NCBI GenBank assembly: GCA_030295235.1
Contig: AP026133.1
Span: 496,001 to 560,000, forward strand
DNA from: Fistulifera solaris
Taxonomy: Eukaryota
Length of the DNA: 64,000 bases
Direction of reading: 5' to 3'
Shown here: positions 60,743 to 64,000 of the stretch, one piece after another
Position numbering within the stretch: position 1 is the stretch's first letter
Layout of the letters: each line of letters opens with the position of its first letter
Made by a program: the position numbers and the translations under genes
The notes under the pieces: generated by a model
The model's database searches: none
What the model was told of the DNA's origin: nothing
What the model saw: the letters and a program-made list of their open reading frames with translations, nothing else

Positions 60743-61124
60743 CCCACTCATTCGATCCAAAGGACTATGTACACCTTTGTTAGATCACAAACGAATTCGT
60801 GGGTCTGCAGTGCAGGAGCATGATTCTTACTATCTCACGTTTCAATTATACAATAAACTATCGTACTCGATCCCAGCTTTAACTCGAAATGCGAAAAATT
60901 GAAAATCGCGTTGCTCTCGTTGAAATTTTATCGATGCAGGTACCTGGTAATTTAGGTTTAGGAAAAAGTTCTAACCTTACTGAGGTTGCGTCGTCGCCAT
61001 CGGCTTTTTACTCTCATATTTTTGTCGGCAAATGCGCTGCTCTACCCAACAAAATGACCATTAACATGCTTCATTATGCATGAGAAGCATCAACAAACAT
61101 TGTTTGTATTGATCAAGTAGCAGT

Positions 61125-62310
61125 ATGGGGCAGGAATCGAAAAAGCGTCCCCTTTGCATTTCCTTTTTCTATTGATAGCTTGTGAGCTTTCATTCTTCTA
61201 CCTCTCTCATCGTCGCATCCACGACAATGACATAACAGTCGACCTTGTAGCTAAAAACGATGAAAACGCAACAAATATCGCATTCAATTTGTCTGAACGC
61301 GTCGAATTGTTACAAGTTTCCGATCGGGTCTTTCCACCATGGAACAAACCTCTTCCGTGTTACAATGTGACGATCGTCCGACCGAAATTGGGTTGGCATC
61401 GCGCGAAAAATCTAAAGCAACCCACAAAAGAGGGGCTCTTTTTTGTCAAGCTTCTTAAAACAGGTAGCACGACCGGAGCCAGTATACATCTTCGAATCGC
61501 TCATAATCTCGCCAAGCGGCGTGGCGTTTCACCCATTTGCCGCACTCGGCATTTGCACGGGTGGGCCGGTCGTCGCATGTACAATTTTGGTCAACGTGAT
61601 CTGGCGCACTCCTTTCTGTGGACTTTACTGCGGCAACCGACGCCTCGCTACATATCCGAATTCTTTCACTTTCAAGTATCTCGTAAGAATGTGAGTGCCA
61701 CGGACGACAACATCATTGATTTTTTGCGGCACGGCATACATTCCGATCGGCATTATCTTTCATGGTTGACGCTCCGAGGGTATCGAAAAGCCACATCACA
61801 GGTCGAAGCCACTCTTCAGCATATTCTCGACGATTATGATTTCATGGGGATATTGGAACGACTCGATGAATCGATCGTGGCGCTTCAAATGATTCTCAAT
61901 GTATCACTGGCCGACGTCTTGTCCATACCAAGCAAATTGAATGGTGGTCATGACGACGGGCAATACCAAAAGAAGTGCTTTTGATTCAACCCAGTTTTGT
62001 TCCCACGAAAGTACGAGCTTTTTTAGAATCAGACGAATGGCAAGAGTACATTGGTCCCGAACAAGCCTTGTACAATGCCGTGAATCGAAGTTTGGATCGA
62101 ACAATCGATGCCCTGGGGAAAGAGATCTTTGCGCAAAAGTTATTGGCTTATCGGCAAGCCATGAATGCTGTATCGCAACGTTGTCAGAACGTTCGATTTC
62201 CATGTTCCGAATCGGGAGAACGTCGTTCTGCGACAGACTGCTTAGCGGCCGACATGGGATGCGGCTTCGAGTGTCTGGATCAAGTGAGCAACGAACTAAA
62301 TCTTTGGTGA
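61125..62310 (+). CDS. Golgi-type sulfotransferase-like protein (Gal-3-O/HS-2-O-like)
   Basis: N-terminal TM; 5'-PSB-like FVKLLKTGSTT, 3'-PB-like LRQPTPRYISEFFH, DYDFMGILERLDES; frameshift ~61975. Confidence 0.8.
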
Positions 62311-62648
62311 AGAACGGTGTGCACTCAAGAGAACATCTAGTAGAGGTAGCAGCTAAAGAGCTATGTAGCGTCTCTAGCTCGTTTCCTGAGGTCTTGGGTT
62401 TGGCTGTAATTGGAGATTGCGGAGCTCGGAGCTCGATGAAGTATTATTTGCCCGATAGTAATATGTACTTGTAATAAGCAGCCAACAGCCAACCTACGAA
62501 TACGATGACTTAAATGACCGAAAGAACTGTATTTAGTGACTGATGCACAATAGACTGGAAATCGATGGGAAGCAATGAAGACACGACGACGTCACAAGCA
62601 AAAATCTACTTGCAAAGCCTACCAAGTACTACGTATCAATCACCCACC

Positions 62649-64000
62649 ATGATTAACGGCGAGTGTTTCTCTCAAACAAAATTCTCCTTGACCTTGTTTT
62701 GAGGAGAACGAATGCGAATTCATCAATAACCAATCCACTCCTCCGCCTATCGTTACCTCTGCTGCGCGTTTCCTGTCTTTATCGAAAGCATGTCGCCATC
62801 CTTGTCTCTGTGCAAAGTGGCGATTGTGGCCCTTTTCCTCTTTTTTTCTGCTTAGCTGCACTTCTCGGGCAACAACTTGCGTTTGACTCCAAGGCTTTAA
62901 GAGTCCAAAAACCGGGAGCACAGAGTCCGACCAAGAGATATGACAATCTTTGCAAGATACTTGGTGATCAATCCCCCGCGTCGTTATGGGCCCAGAATCT
63001 GAGGAGTATCTTACAAGCGAGCCAAAGTCCTCTCGATGTAGATTATCAATTGCAGAATCCGACAGCGCAAGTACTGAAACTGATTACTCCCAGGCTACCT
63101 AGTGGGTTCAAATCAACTCCTCGTGACTGGCAAGCTCTGGAAAATGTGATCGAGATAACTAATCGAAGACTTGCCTACCTGAGTGCAAAAAACGAAGGTC
63201 AATTGATTGAGGAAGCCCGTCCTTTAAAGATTCTAGTTATGGGCGGGTCTGTGACAAAAGGGGTCAACTGTAAGACAGGTATTAAGGATTACCATGACGT
63301 TGAATGCAGTTGGGCGGTCCGTCTTGAAACATTGCTCAATAATTTGGCCGGTGATCGAGTGGTGGACGTACATTTGGCAGCGGTGGGTGGAACGAATTCG
63401 GCTACAGCGCAAGCCATGCTAGAGTATGATCTTTTACCAGAAAAGATGAGAGAGCCCGATATCATTATCAACGCCTACGCAACCAATGATATGCACATTT
63501 TGACGCTTCAAGAAGCGATGAGTCAAAATATCTCGTTGCGAGAGAAAATCTTTGGGATGGCGCAGAATTTTACACGCACCGCGCTCCAGCAATGCACTGA
63601 GGAAGGAAAGGCACCCTTACTTCTTTGGCTTGATGATTATTTGGGGAATGAACAAAGAGAAATACTCGCTACTTCGGATTTCATTCAAAGCCTACAAGTA
63701 CTCGCGGGCTATTACGGATTCGGACTGATGTCCTATGCGGATACGGTACGTGATCTTGTTTACGGCTCCACTACCGAGCGATCTTTTTCACCGCCCGGAT
63801 GGTACAAAAGGGACCCGAAATGAAACGAGAAATTCATCCACCATACCCCATGCATGTCGCGGTGTCGTATATTGTCGCCTACACCTTTCTGCAGTTCGCG
63901 TCGAATCACTGCGGCATGGAATCATGGAAAGTTACTTCGTGGGAGAACGATCTCGATTACTACGATGCGTCGATTCCAGATTTTCCTGGCACGAAAGGAA
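62649..64000 (+). CDS. SGNH-hydrolase-like type II membrane protein; runs off the window end
   Basis: ILVMGGSVTKG (block I), AVGGTNS (II), IIINAYATND (III); after a frameshift ~63820, IHPPYPMH (V-like). Confidence 0.75.

Overview
Gene-dense eukaryotic DNA, most likely a diatom or other photosynthetic stramenopile. The evidence is short GT-AG introns, bipartite signal + ASAFAP-like plastid presequences, nucleus-encoded sigma-70 factors and a signal-peptide-bearing CDC48. About 33 protein genes or gene remnants can be supported. These include eIF5B, DDX41, COX6A, clathrin light chain, a kinesin-14, a SHAQKYF-class MYB, two U-box proteins, two sigma factors, two bacterial-type Prx5, a fibrillin, a YbaK, an FGGY kinase, an S9 peptidase, TraB, HTTM, a sulfotransferase-like protein and an SGNH-like protein. 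Many, including essential genes, are split by single-base frameshifts, often at homopolymers, which points to consensus errors rather than biology. Mobile DNA comprises a 2.7-kb Mutator-like element with perfect 41-bp TIRs (581-3303) and a 5'-truncated REL-type non-LTR retrotransposon fragment. Unexplained non-coding structure includes a ~35-bp degenerate repeat in two separate divergent promoters, a recurrent intergenic palindrome TACCWGGTA (7 copies seen), small tandem duplications and a 294-bp (ATTT)n tract. No rRNA, tRNA or CRISPR array was recognised. All family assignments are by eye from motifs, not database searches.
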